From Clostridia bacterium (GTDB lineage Bacteria; Bacillota; Clostridia; Oscillospirales; CAG-272), in assembly GCA_017501545.1 (NCBI GenBank), contig JAFVWS010000004.1, forward strand, positions 10,515 through 74,514: 64,000 nucleotides of DNA, given 5' to 3'. This document shows positions 1-9,991 of the stretch, piece after piece; the stretch's first letter is position 1; every line of letters begins with the position of its first letter. The notes under the pieces were generated by a model. That model saw nothing but the letters and a program-made list of their open reading frames with translations, did not search any database and was not told the origin of the DNA. The translations under genes and the position numbers were made by a program.

Positions 1-361
1 AGAAAATCAGCGCGTGGCTTTCGCTTGACGGCATTCCGAAAAGCCAGCTTACAGTGCCGAATACTATGACTGTTAAAAATGAGCTTAGGCATATAATTCC
101 TGCCTCATAGCCACCACTTGGCGAGGCAAGAGAAAAGATGCTTTTGCTTACTGAAAACGTAACGAATGCACCCAAAAATACACCTAAAAAATTAAAAATA
201 CCACCCAAAAGGGCGCCCTGCCAAAGCTTTAGCCTTTTTGATGCAACTACAGAGTAAATTGAGTTTGGCGCATCCGTCCAGCCGTTTATGAATACCACGA
301 AAATAGCAAGAAAAACTACAAAAAAGTCCAAAGGAGTGTCGATATTTGTCCAAAAATTCAT
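1..361 (-). CDS. Inorganic phosphate transporter, PiT family (5' part; runs off window start; absent from ORF track)
   Basis: Manual reverse-strand translation from ATG at 361 (RBS GGAGG upstream): MNFWTNIDTPLDFFVVFLAIFVVFINGWTDAPNSIYSVVAS...GMPSSESHALIF; NGxxDAxN and PxSxSHAL are PiT signatures. Confidence 0.85.
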   Translation of the reverse strand, partial: MNFWTNIDTPLDFFVVFLAIFVVFINGWTDAPNSIYSVVASKRLKLWQGALLGGIFNFLGVFLGAFVTFSVSKSIFSLASPSGGYEAGIICLSSFLTVIVFGTVSWLFGMPSSESHALIF

Positions 362-389
362 TCGTTTCCTCCCTGATTTAATCAAATTA

Positions 390-415
390 ACAAAACATAT
401 CTTGCTACATAAAAT
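390..415 (+). promoter_or_regulatory. Possible sigmaK/sigmaE-type sporulation promoter
   Basis: AC(390-391)-N16-CATAAAAT(408-415) fits the AC-N16-CATAnnnT mother-cell sigma consensus, 23 nt before the ATG at 439. Confidence 0.35.
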
Positions 416-438
416 GTATTAAAAAGGGGGGTATAGAT

Positions 439-1221
439 ATGATACTTGAAAAAGAATTTATGCGCGAGGAGGTAGTTTTGTATGCAAGAAAATATGCGCT
501 TACAAGAAACCCCTTGTTTTACACCTTTGAGGGCATAGGTGGCAATTGCACAAACTTTGCCTCTCAATGCGTTTTGGCAGGTAGCTGTACAATGAATTAT
601 ACTGCAGTTTACGGCTGGTATTATCTTTCAATAAATCGCCGTAGCGCCTCGTGGACGGGTGTTGACTACTTCTTCGATTTCATGACAACGAATCAAGGCG
701 TTGGACCATATGGCAGGGTGATAACCATAAGCGAGGTGCAGCCGGCTGATTTAATACAGCTTCAAAATAGCGAGGGACGCTTTTATCACACCTTGGTTGT
801 GACCAAGGTTGAAGATGGAGAAATATATATTTGCGCCAACTCAAACGACGCACTTGACCGTCCGCTTTCAAGCTATGATTATGCAAGCTTGCGAGTTATA
901 AGGATAGATGCGGTGCGCTACGACACAAGATACGTCATTGATTGCTTTGAGGCTCTTTATTCGCCTCCTGTTGAGCTTCCTCAAAATACGCCACAGAGCG
1001 AAACACCAAGCGAGTCCGAGCCGGCACAAGAAGAGCCTTCAGCCCCAACACCACCAGCTCAAGCGCCGACAGAGCCGACACCACCAGAGAGGTTAGAACC
1101 GCCACCACCAGCTCAAGCGCCAGCAGAGCCGACACCACCAGAGAGGTTAGAACCACCACCATCGGCACCAACAGCGCCTGCATCTTTAACTTCACCATCT
1201 GAAAACGAAGCTGTTCAGTAG
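439..1221 (+). CDS. Putative amidase domain (Amidase_6-like) protein with Pro/Glu-rich C-terminal tail
   Basis: YARKYA...GGNCTNFASQC...GWYY...SWTGV...DLIQ...HTLVV motifs; low-complexity Pro-rich tail. Confidence 0.75.
   Translation: MILEKEFMREEVVLYARKYALTRNPLFYTFEGIGGNCTNFASQCVLAGSCTMNYTAVYGWYYLSINRRSASWTGVDYFFDFMTTNQGVGPYGRVITISEVQPADLIQLQNSEGRFYHTLVVTKVEDGEIYICANSNDALDRPLSSYDYASLRVIRIDAVRYDTRYVIDCFEALYSPPVELPQNTPQSETPSESEPAQEEPSAPTPPAQAPTEPTPPERLEPPPPAQAPAEPTPPERLEPPPSAPTAPASLTSPSENEAVQ
1051..1158 (+). repeat. 54-bp tandem repeat x2 (PPAQAP[T/A]EPTPPERLEPP)
   Basis: Units start at 1051 and 1105 and are nearly identical. Confidence 0.9.
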
Positions 1222-1387
1222 CCAGAATTAAGCATTGAAATTCTATATAATATGAGAACAGTACAAAATGCACAAAAATTGCGATTTTTAAATGGGTAAA
1301 ATTACCGAGATTTTGTTTATTTTTCATAATGTTGCACAGAAGTTGTCTTTCTTTTTAAAAATTTTTGTTAAATAAGTATAAACTTGC

Positions 1388-1416
1388 TTGACAAAAACTT
1401 CATTTTATTGTATTAT
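1388..1416 (+). promoter_or_regulatory. sigmaA promoter of glycoside hydrolase gene
   Basis: TTGACA(1388-1393)-17 nt-TATTAT(1411-1416). Confidence 0.6.
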
Positions 1417-1483
1417 GTATATGTATAAATTTCTATATAATAGATTTAATTTACACAGTACATATTTTTTCGGAGGAAGACAA

Positions 1484-4400
1484 ATGAAAAAAAGATGGCT
1501 TACGGTAATACTTGTTGTTCTTGCAATTTGCTTAGTATTACCTTTGGTTGCGGCTTGTGGAAAAAATAATGGTGACACAAGCACAAACACCGATAGTGGG
1601 TCTGACAATACCGATATAGGTACCGATTCTGGTAATGGCGGTAATGAGGGAGACAACACTGGTGACACTGAAAACAACGGCAATGCCTCAGTTCTTGAGT
1701 CGAAATCAGCGCCAGTTGTTAAATATCTAAGAATTGCTGAGCTTGGTGATAACAGTGTTACTGTTAAATTTAACTTAGTTGGTGAGGCGGCAAGCTATGA
1801 AATTAGATATAGCACAAAGCTAATCACTGAAAAGAACTATGATAAAGCAACTGTAGCAGAATGTACAGTTACTGGCGATGGTGCAATTAAGACAGCAGTT
1901 GTTGAGGGTATCACAGCTGACAAGGATAATCGCTACTACATCACAGTAAAGGCGACAAACGACGTTGCTACAAGTGATTTTGATATTGTTCGCGCTGGTG
2001 GTATATACCTAATTGAGCTTGACCATAAAAATCCACAACAGCTTTATAATGGTGAGACTAACCGAAACCTCACTGCACTTATTGACGAGCAATCAATAGT
2101 TGGTGACCCATATAGAAAGGATTATAACGACCTTCCTATTTCAAATATTGGTAGATTCTGGGACGAAAGAGGTACTGTTTATTGGAACCATACAACAACC
2201 TCCACTGCTGAGCGCTTTGGTACACAGCTTGCTCCTATAATTGACCTTGAGTACGTTCACTACGTAGATAACGTAATGGTATTCTATCAGGATGCTACAT
2301 ATGATGTTATTATTCGTGCATCTGACGATGCTGCAAACTTTAACACTCCTGAGGCTTGGGACGTAGAGATTCAGCTTAAGAGAAACTATAATCAAATTAC
2401 AGCTGATATTTTAAGCTACATAAAGGTTCTCAATAGTAACGGTAGAGAAACCGCAAACGGCAATATTGACGTTACTGTAAAAGAGTACAACCACTTTAGA
2501 GCTGGACTTGGCGACAAGTACGAGGAAATAAAGGAAAACAGTAAGATTTCTGATGAAGAAAAGGAAACGCAGCTGACAGCCTTGGTTGCAGCTGAGGTTG
2601 CAGCGCAAAGACAGTACTTTGAGGCGCTTGCTACAGCCCTAAAAGCACACGAAAGCACAAAGACATTTGGCGAAGCTCTTGATGCAGCATATAATGGCGA
2701 AACAGTTGATTTTGATGCAATATTCGCTGGCTACAGAAAGCTTGATGAGGCAGCAAAGGTAACACTTCAAACTGATGCTGCAGCAGCATTTACAGCAGCT
2801 GATAAGGCTTGCGGTATTGAGCGTGGTTCTGAGCCATACAAGAGCAGATTGCTTGTAGACGAGGCTGTTACAAGCCTTGACTATGAAATGATAGTTCCTT
2901 ACTCCTTTATGCAGGTTGATATCGGCATTGAGGCAAGATATGTACAAGTAGAGTTTAAGGATGGCGAGGCTCCAAACGAGGTTCTCGTATACGGCTATCA
3001 GGTTCGTGAGGATGAAAACATGCTCATTCAGGAGCCAACGCACAAGCTTCCAACAATTGGCGAAATGATGGGTCAATGTGGCTTCGTTGCTGGCGGTGGC
3101 GGTAACTGTACAATTGAACAGCTTGCTTGCTCATACGTAGTACGTGAATACCACAACCTTGGTTGGTCTTATTCACTTGGTTCATTCCCAGGTAAGGCAT
3201 CTAACTTTGTACAAACCGTTGTTGGTAACTTTGATAAAGCATATAAGGATTATAGTGAGGCAGGACTTCTTGTAATTCCTTGTCTACAATGGAATGAGTC
3301 GTCTATGCCTGCAAGACTCTATGATGAGTTTGAGGGCAAGTTCTCCAACTCTATTGCAAGCTGGGAAGAAAAATATCTCCCATCAACATGGGCAGCATAC
3401 GCAGACGTAATGTATCAATATGCAGCTCGTTATGGTAGCAGTAAGATGGGCTACCTTGTAGAAAACATTCTTGCACACTCTGACGCAACTCCAGAAAACT
3501 GTGAGGTTGGTCGTGGACAAATCAAATGGCTTGAGTTTGGTAACGAGCCAAATGGTGAGGACTCAGCTGGTGCAACACCATATCAGTGCGCAGCTCTTCA
3601 ATCTGCAGCATACGATGGACACCAAAGAACAGTTCTTTCACACATTTATAATCCAAACAGCTTCACATATCCATTCGGTGCTAAGACAGCTGACCCTGAT
3701 ATCAAGGTTGCAACCGCAGGCTTTGCAGGTATTCAGGACAGATATATTATGACAATGTCTTACTGGATGAGAGCAAACAGAACAGACGGCTCCATTGCTA
3801 TGGACGCCTTCAACGTACACACATACTTCGGTAAATACTTCTATATGAATGACCAGTCAATTTGCGTTGGTGTAAGCCCAGAGGAATATGGTCTTGTTGA
3901 CGCAATGTCGAACCTTGTTCAGTTCAGAGATAAGTATTACCCAGATGTAGAGGTATGGTTAACAGAGTTTGGTTGGGATACTAACCAATCCTATGAAACA
4001 ATGACATCAGCACACGCATACGATACTAAGGACCTAAACGGTGACGGTGAAATTTCTGAGTATGAAATGGTAATGAGAAGCCGTGAAATCCAAGGTATGT
4101 GGCTCGTTCGTGCATATATCTTGCTCGCATCTTGTGGTGTTGACAAGGCTACAATGTACATGTGCGAGGATGCAGCTGACGACGAGGTAGGAGCTATCGG
4201 TAAGTATGGTACTTGTGGTATTTGGGCAGTTGCCAGAATGCCAGAGACACGCTACCAAATCTTCGATGCAACGATTACTGACGTTGTAAGAGATGAAAAC
4301 GGTAACATTGTAAAGGACGAAGAGGGCAACGATAAGAGAGAATCAGTTAAAGCTGAGGTATATCAAGTTATAGTAGTTGAGAAAAACGACAAGGGCGAGG

Positions 4401-4849
4401 ACGTTGACGTTAAATCCTACTATAGAACTGACAATGATGAGCTATTCTATGTAAACGACCCAAGAGTAAAGAAGGACGAAAATGACAAGTCAACATTTAG
4501 TATAGCGTCAAAGATGGAAGCAAAAGATGCCTACTACTATATGTACACACTTTACAAGACTCTTGGCGATATGGCCTTCGTTAAGGAAATTAAAACTGAC
4601 AACCCAGACGTTTGGGTTTACGAGTTTGCTAATGATAACGGTAAGGTTGGCTACGCTGTATGGTGCCCAACATCTAACGGTACTGTAGTTGAGGACTTTG
4701 TTCTTAACATTGATGGTACAAAGGCAACACTTGTAGAAACAGATTCAAAGAACAAGGATACCGACGGCGTTTCAACTAATCTTGAAATTACTGACAACAC
4801 AGTAACTATAACAGTTAGCGAAAACCCAGTATACGTAGTTGTTGAATAA
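1484..4849 (+). CDS. Large lipoprotein, clan GH-A glycoside hydrolase (GH39/GH5-like) with Fn3-like and discoidin/CBM32-like domains
   Basis: ATG 1484 after GGAGG; lipobox LVAAC; Gly/Asn/Asp/Thr linker; WLEFGNEPN (acid/base), FNVHTY and VWLTEFGWD (nucleophile) motifs; C-terminal beta domain ending VSENPVYVVVE. Confidence 0.75.
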   Translation: MKKRWLTVILVVLAICLVLPLVAACGKNNGDTSTNTDSGSDNTDIGTDSGNGGNEGDNTGDTENNGNASVLESKSAPVVKYLRIAELGDNSVTVKFNLVGEAASYEIRYSTKLITEKNYDKATVAECTVTGDGAIKTAVVEGITADKDNRYYITVKATNDVATSDFDIVRAGGIYLIELDHKNPQQLYNGETNRNLTALIDEQSIVGDPYRKDYNDLPISNIGRFWDERGTVYWNHTTTSTAERFGTQLAPIIDLEYVHYVDNVMVFYQDATYDVIIRASDDAANFNTPEAWDVEIQLKRNYNQITADILSYIKVLNSNGRETANGNIDVTVKEYNHFRAGLGDKYEEIKENSKISDEEKETQLTALVAAEVAAQRQYFEALATALKAHESTKTFGEALDAAYNGETVDFDAIFAGYRKLDEAAKVTLQTDAAAAFTAADKACGIERGSEPYKSRLLVDEAVTSLDYEMIVPYSFMQVDIGIEARYVQVEFKDGEAPNEVLVYGYQVREDENMLIQEPTHKLPTIGEMMGQCGFVAGGGGNCTIEQLACSYVVREYHNLGWSYSLGSFPGKASNFVQTVVGNFDKAYKDYSEAGLLVIPCLQWNESSMPARLYDEFEGKFSNSIASWEEKYLPSTWAAYADVMYQYAARYGSSKMGYLVENILAHSDATPENCEVGRGQIKWLEFGNEPNGEDSAGATPYQCAALQSAAYDGHQRTVLSHIYNPNSFTYPFGAKTADPDIKVATAGFAGIQDRYIMTMSYWMRANRTDGSIAMDAFNVHTYFGKYFYMNDQSICVGVSPEEYGLVDAMSNLVQFRDKYYPDVEVWLTEFGWDTNQSYETMTSAHAYDTKDLNGDGEISEYEMVMRSREIQGMWLVRAYILLASCGVDKATMYMCEDAADDEVGAIGKYGTCGIWAVARMPETRYQIFDATITDVVRDENGNIVKDEEGNDKRESVKAEVYQVIVVEKNDKGEDVDVKSYYRTDNDELFYVNDPRVKKDENDKSTFSIASKMEAKDAYYYMYTLYKTLGDMAFVKEIKTDNPDVWVYEFANDNGKVGYAVWCPTSNGTVVEDFVLNIDGTKATLVETDSKNKDTDGVSTNLEITDNTVTITVSENPVYVVVE

Positions 4850-4861
4850 TTAAAAACACAC

Positions 4862-4898
4862 AAAAAGCACTCTCAAGCTGAGAGTGCTTTTCTTTTTT
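4862..4898 (+). terminator. Intrinsic terminator that also matches the CIRCE core
   Basis: AAAAGCACTCTCA-AGC-TGAGAGTGCTTTT followed by T tract. Confidence 0.8.
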
Positions 4899-4960
4899 CA
4901 AGCCCGAAAATACTGCTATTATTATATAATAATGAAGAAAAAAACTGGAATTTGTTGATT

Positions 4961-4987
4961 TAAGCACTTTTTGCCGATGACTGCTAA
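4961..4987 (+). promoter_or_regulatory. CIRCE element (upstream, degenerate)
   Basis: TAAGCACTT-N9-GACTGCTAA versus consensus TTAGCACTC-N9-GAGTGCTAA. Confidence 0.7.
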
Positions 4988-5016
4988 AAAAGTCGAAAAA
5001 ATATTTTAAAAAAGTA

Positions 5017-5045
5017 TTGACAAAGCATTAAAATGGTGGTATATT
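5017..5045 (+). promoter_or_regulatory. sigmaA promoter of hrcA operon (extended -10)
   Basis: TTGACA(5017-5022)-17 nt-TATATT(5040-5045) with TG at 5037-5038. Confidence 0.8.
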
Positions 5046-5056
5046 ATTCATAGAGT

Positions 5057-5083
5057 TTAGCACTTGGCACAAAAGAGTGCTAA
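5057..5083 (+). promoter_or_regulatory. CIRCE element (HrcA operator)
   Basis: TTAGCACTT-GGCACAAAA-GAGTGCTAA between promoter and hrcA start. Confidence 0.95.
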
Positions 5084-5102
5084 AAGAAAGGGGCGGTTGA
5101 AA

Positions 5103-6212
5103 ATGGGCTTTGATAACAGCGTTTTAAGCGACAGGAAAAAGCTAATACTTCGCGCAATAGTCGAAGCGCATATTAAGCTTGGTGAGCCTGTGGGCTCAAA
5201 GTATCTTATGCAAGAGGCTAAAATTCCTTATTCCTCTGCCACAATAAGAAACGAAATGGCAGAGCTTGAGGAGCTTGGATATCTTGATAAGCCACATACC
5301 TCGGCAGGACGTATCCCGTCAGAGCTTGGATATAGGTTTTACGTTGATACTCTTGTAAATCAATATGATACAAAAAAGCGCGAGGCAAGCGAGCTTAAGA
5401 AAATGCTTTCGGTTAAAATGTCGGAGATTGATAAAATCCTTGACAATGCAACCAAGGTGGCATCAGCCATGACAAATTACACCGCGCTTTCGCTAAGACC
5501 AAGACCATCAAGCATTACAATTAAAAAATATGAGGCAGTTTATCTTGATACGCGCTCTTACTTAATTGTTATGATTGCTCAAGGCACTGAGTCGGTCAAG
5601 ACAAAAAAGGTTAACGTTACGTTTGATATAACCCCTGAGGAAATATCAGCACTTTCCAAGGTTTTAAACCTAAACCTTTCAGGTGTTAACGTGGACGGAA
5701 TTAACATTCATTTGATGATGTCTATGAATTCTCAGCTTAATGAGCTTATAGGTCTTGATATGCAGCTTAGCGAGGAGCTTGTTTCAGCAACAGTAAAGAG
5801 CATTTACGAAACAATGAATGAGCTTGGCTCGGAGATTAAATTTGAGGGTGTAAACAGACTTCTTGAATATCCCGAGTATAAAAACCTTGATAAGCTTCAA
5901 AAAATGATATCCACAATTGAAAACAAGGAGGATATTATTAAGGCAGTCAGCACAATTGACCAAAGCGATGACGATACAAAGATATTTATCGGCTCGGAAA
6001 ATATGGTTAAAATAATGGATGACTCAACCTTGATTTACAAAAACCTAAAGCTTAATGGCAAAACAATCGGAGCAATCGGAATTATTGGTCCATGCCGTAT
6101 GGATTACTCAAAGGTGCTTTCCACCATTGACCAGCTTTCCGAGGAGATTAATAAGCTCTCCGATATAGGCTCATTGCCAAGCGCTAAAACAGAAGAGGAT
6201 GATTACGAGTAA
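5103..6212 (+). CDS. hrcA: Heat-inducible transcription repressor HrcA
   Basis: ILRAIVE...EPVGSK...SSATIRNEMAELEELGYL.KPHTSAGRIPS; IGIIGP.RMDY; start set at ATG 5103 because the longer ORF starts inside CIRCE. Confidence 0.97.
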   Translation: MGFDNSVLSDRKKLILRAIVEAHIKLGEPVGSKYLMQEAKIPYSSATIRNEMAELEELGYLDKPHTSAGRIPSELGYRFYVDTLVNQYDTKKREASELKKMLSVKMSEIDKILDNATKVASAMTNYTALSLRPRPSSITIKKYEAVYLDTRSYLIVMIAQGTESVKTKKVNVTFDITPEEISALSKVLNLNLSGVNVDGINIHLMMSMNSQLNELIGLDMQLSEELVSATVKSIYETMNELGSEIKFEGVNRLLEYPEYKNLDKLQKMISTIENKEDIIKAVSTIDQSDDDTKIFIGSENMVKIMDDSTLIYKNLKLNGKTIGAIGIIGPCRMDYSKVLSTIDQLSEEINKLSDIGSLPSAKTEEDDYE

Positions 6213-6748
6213 TGAAGAAAAACGAGAAAAAGGAAGAGCTTGAGGCACAAACCGCCGAGGCTCAGGTTGACATCGAGGCTGAGGTTGACCCTAAGGATGA
6301 GGAAATAAATAAGCTTAATGAAATTATTAAGGGGCTTGAGGCTGACAAGGCTGAAACCAATGATAAGTATTTAAGAGTGCTTGCAGAGTATGACAATTTC
6401 CGCAAGCGCACACAAAAGGAAAGAGAAGCACTTTATCAAGACGCATATATAGATGCGGTAAGCGCACTTCTTCCAATTGTGGACAACGTAGAAATGGCAC
6501 TTAAATTCACGGTTGATGAAAATGATAAAAAGGGAATTGAAATGATAGTTTCCGCTGTTCATCAAACGCTTGAAAAGATGGGTGTTAGCGAGGTGGAAAC
6601 AAAGACCTTTGATCCAAGCCTTCACAATGCGGTAATGCACGTTGATGACGAAAGCCTGGGCGAGGGGGAAATCGTTGAGGTGTTCCAAAAGGGATACGCT
6701 TGTGGCGATAGAGTAATAAGATATGCAATGGTAAAGGTTGCAAACTAA
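6212..6748 (+). CDS. grpE: Nucleotide exchange factor GrpE
   Basis: LRVLAEYDNFRKR, FDPSLHNAV, FQKGY...VIRYAMVKVA; operon position. Confidence 0.97.
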   Translation: MKKNEKKEELEAQTAEAQVDIEAEVDPKDEEINKLNEIIKGLEADKAETNDKYLRVLAEYDNFRKRTQKEREALYQDAYIDAVSALLPIVDNVEMALKFTVDENDKKGIEMIVSAVHQTLEKMGVSEVETKTFDPSLHNAVMHVDDESLGEGEIVEVFQKGYACGDRVIRYAMVKVAN

Positions 6749-6890
6749 CACCAAAGGTGTTATCCTGTGGCAAAGCAATAGAAGCTACAAAAAAGACCGA
6801 CGGGTCTAAAGCGTAAATAATTAATGTTAAATACGCACATCGCATCTTAGCGATACGCGCAAAATAATAACTCATATGGAGGAAATAAAA

Positions 6891-8720
6891 ATGGGAAAGA
6901 TTATAGGAATAGACTTAGGTACAACAAACTCTTGCGTGGCAGTATACGAGGGTGGTGAGCCCGTTGTAATACCAAATCCAGAGGGATCAAGAACAACACC
7001 ATCAGTTGTTGCATTTACTAAGACAGGAGAAAGACTTGTAGGTCAGGTTGCAAAGCGTCAAGCTATTACAAACCCAGACAAGACTGTAAGCTCAATTAAG
7101 AGAGAAATGGGCTCATCCTACAAGGTAACAATTGATTCAAAAACATACACACCTCAAGAGATTTCAGCAATGATTCTTCAAAAATTGAAGGCAGATGCTG
7201 AGGCTTATCTTGGCACAAAGGTAACAGAGGCTGTTATCACAGTTCCAGCTTACTTCAGTGACGCACAAAGACAAGCAACAAAGGACGCAGGTAAGATTGC
7301 AGGCCTTGAGGTTAAGAGAATTATTAACGAGCCAACCGCAGCAGCACTTGCATTTGGTATGGATAAGGAAGAAAACCAAAAGATAATGGTATTTGACCTT
7401 GGCGGTGGTACGTTCGACGTATCAATTCTTGAAATTTCAGACGGCGTATTTGAGGTTTTGGCAACAGCTGGTAACAACCGTCTTGGTGGTGACGACTTCG
7501 ATAAGAAGATTATCGACTGGATTGCAGAGCAGTTCAAGGCTGAATACGGCATTGACCTCCGTCTTGACAATATGGCACACCAAAGACTTAAGGAGGCTGC
7601 TGAAAAGGCTAAGATTGAGCTTTCAGGCGTTACAACCTCAAACATCAACCTTCCATATATCACAGCTGACGTTACAGGTCCTAAGCACTTTGACGCAACT
7701 CTTACAAGAGCAAAGTTTGATGAGCTTACAGCAAGCTTAGTTGAGGCTACAATGATTCCAACAAAGCAAGCGCTTAAGGACGCAGGACTTTCAGCATCAC
7801 AAATTGACAAGGTTATCTTGGTTGGTGGTTCTTCAAGAATTCCAGCAGTTCAAGAGGCACTTAAGAAATTTATCGGCAAGGAACCATTCAAGGGCATCAA
7901 CCCTGACGAGTGCGTAGCTATGGGTGCTGCAATTCAAGGTGGCGTTCTTGGCGGAGACGTTAAGGACCTTCTTCTCCTTGACGTAACACCACTTTCACTT
8001 GGTATTGAAACACTTGGTGGTGTTTGCACAAAGATTATTGACAGAAATACAACAATTCCAGTAAAGAAGAGCCAGATACTCTCAACTGCAGCAGACAGCC
8101 AGACATCAGTTCAGGTTCACGTTTTGCAGGGTGAAAGAGAGATGGCAGCAGGCAACAAGACCCTTGGACTATTCTCACTTGACGGAATTGCTCCAGCACC
8201 TCGTGGAATTCCACAAATTGAGGTTACCTTTGACATTGACGCAAACGGTATTGTAAACGTAAGCGCTAAGGATAAGGGTACAGGCAAGGAGCAGCACATC
8301 ACAATCACCTCATCAACAAATATGAGCGAGGCTGATATTGAGCGTGCTGTTAAGGAGGCTGAGAAGTTTGCTGAGGAGGATAAGAAGGCTAAAGAGGCAG
8401 TTGAGGTTAAGAACCATGCTGAGCATATGATTTTCCAAAGCGAAAAGACACTTGCTGACCTTGGCGATAAGGTTACCGAGGATGAAAAGGGCGAGGTTCA
8501 AAAGGCTATTGATAAGCTTAAGGAAACAGTAAAGGGCAACGATACGGAAGCTATCAAGGCTGATACTGAGGCTCTTGAAAAATCCTTCTACGCAATTAGC
8601 GAAAAGCTTTACAAGGAGGCTCAAGCTGCACAGGGCGATGCTGGTGCACAGGGCGGTCCAACAGCTGATGCTGACGGCAACGTTTATGGCGCTGACTTTG
8701 AGGATAAGACAGGCAAATAA
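6891..8720 (+). CDS. dnaK: Chaperone DnaK
   Basis: [39 protein letters not shown]; GGAGG RBS before ATG 6891. Confidence 0.99.
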   Translation: MGKIIGIDLGTTNSCVAVYEGGEPVVIPNPEGSRTTPSVVAFTKTGERLVGQVAKRQAITNPDKTVSSIKREMGSSYKVTIDSKTYTPQEISAMILQKLKADAEAYLGTKVTEAVITVPAYFSDAQRQATKDAGKIAGLEVKRIINEPTAAALAFGMDKEENQKIMVFDLGGGTFDVSILEISDGVFEVLATAGNNRLGGDDFDKKIIDWIAEQFKAEYGIDLRLDNMAHQRLKEAAEKAKIELSGVTTSNINLPYITADVTGPKHFDATLTRAKFDELTASLVEATMIPTKQALKDAGLSASQIDKVILVGGSSRIPAVQEALKKFIGKEPFKGINPDECVAMGAAIQGGVLGGDVKDLLLLDVTPLSLGIETLGGVCTKIIDRNTTIPVKKSQILSTAADSQTSVQVHVLQGEREMAAGNKTLGLFSLDGIAPAPRGIPQIEVTFDIDANGIVNVSAKDKGTGKEQHITITSSTNMSEADIERAVKEAEKFAEEDKKAKEAVEVKNHAEHMIFQSEKTLADLGDKVTEDEKGEVQKAIDKLKETVKGNDTEAIKADTEALEKSFYAISEKLYKEAQAAQGDAGAQGGPTADADGNVYGADFEDKTGK

Positions 8721-8851
8721 TAAAATCCTTTCAAATACACGGTGGGACTGCTGATTTTTGTCGGCAGTCCTGCGTGGGTATATAGAAAAGTAGATTTCCC
8801 GTGGGGGAGTGTCTAATTTTCGACAAAATTTAAACTAAAAGTAGGTTTAAG

Positions 8852-9976
8852 ATGGCTGACAAACAAGATTATTATGAAACTCTGGGCATAGGCCGTGGCG
8901 CAAATCAGGACGAGATTAAAAAGGCATATCGTTCTATGGCTAAAAAGTACCACCCAGATATGAACCCGGGAGACCAAGAGGCTGAGAAAAAATTCAAAGA
9001 GGTTAACGAGGCGTATGCTGTTTTGTCTGACGAGCAGAAAAAGGCGCAGTATGACCAGTTTGGACACGCAGCATTTGAGCAGGGCGGTGGCGCCGGCTAT
9101 GGTGCTGGTGGCTTTGATGGCTTTGGCTTTGATATGGGCGATATCTTTTCTTCAATTTTCGGTGGTGGCGCTTCACGTGCAAATCGTGCAAATGCACCAC
9201 AGGATGGCGAGGATATCGTAGTCAGGGTGTCAATTTCATTTGAGGAGGCAGCCTTTGGCTGTAAGGAGGAAATCACCTTCCCTAAAATCCAAAAATGTGA
9301 CGATTGTGGTGGCTCTGGTGCTGAAAAGGGCTCGCCTATAAATAAATGCTCAAGATGTGGTGGCAGAGGTACAATTACCGCTCAGCAAAGGACGATATTT
9401 GGTATGACCCAAACCACACGTCAATGTCCTGATTGTGGCGGTACTGGTAAGGTTATTACAAAGCCTTGTCAAAACTGTAAGGGCAAGGGACTTGTAAGAA
9501 TAAACAAAAAGCTTTCTGTTTCAATCCCGGCAGGAATTGATGACGGACAAAGAGTTGTGCTTCGTGGTCAAGGCCACGAGGGCAAAAACGGTGGTTACCC
9601 AGGCGACCTTATTATTCAGGTTACAGTACGTCCTCACGCAGTTTTTGAGCGTGATGGCTATGATTTATACTGCGATGTGCCAATTACCTTTTACGAGGCA
9701 GCACTTGGCGCTAAAATAAAAATCCCAACCCTTGAGGGCGACGTTGAAATTGATATTCCAGATGGAACCCAAACGGGCACAGTCTTCACAGTTAAGCAAA
9801 AGGGCATTTCAATGGTAAATTCAAGCAAAAAGGGTAACCTTTACGTTAAGGTTATCGTTGAAACACCAAAAAGCCTAAGTAATGAGCAAAAGAAGCTTAT
9901 GCAGGAATTTGCAAAGACCTGTGGAGAGAAGAATTTTTCAAAGAAAAGCGGATTTTTCAAGAAATTCAAAAAATAA
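8852..9976 (+). CDS. dnaJ: Chaperone DnaJ
   Basis: J domain with HPD, G/F region, four CxxCxGxG repeats. Confidence 0.99.
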   Translation: MADKQDYYETLGIGRGANQDEIKKAYRSMAKKYHPDMNPGDQEAEKKFKEVNEAYAVLSDEQKKAQYDQFGHAAFEQGGGAGYGAGGFDGFGFDMGDIFSSIFGGGASRANRANAPQDGEDIVVRVSISFEEAAFGCKEEITFPKIQKCDDCGGSGAEKGSPINKCSRCGGRGTITAQQRTIFGMTQTTRQCPDCGGTGKVITKPCQNCKGKGLVRINKKLSVSIPAGIDDGQRVVLRGQGHEGKNGGYPGDLIIQVTVRPHAVFERDGYDLYCDVPITFYEAALGAKIKIPTLEGDVEIDIPDGTQTGTVFTVKQKGISMVNSSKKGNLYVKVIVETPKSLSNEQKKLMQEFAKTCGEKNFSKKSGFFKKFKK

Positions 9977-9991
9977 TTAAAGGGACACAGT

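Noticed and set aside
935-1327. Hydrophobic 130-aa minus-strand ORF
   Set aside because: Antisense shadow of the Pro-rich repeat tail
1388-1483. ORF-track upstream starts (also 5064, 13147, 40089, 40742, 59208)
   Set aside because: They begin inside promoter or operator sequence; downstream ATGs with good RBS give family-typical N-termini
7250-7810. Long antisense ORFs within dnaK, pgk, LRR and ABC genes
   Set aside because: Expected shadows of biased codon usage in well-supported genes
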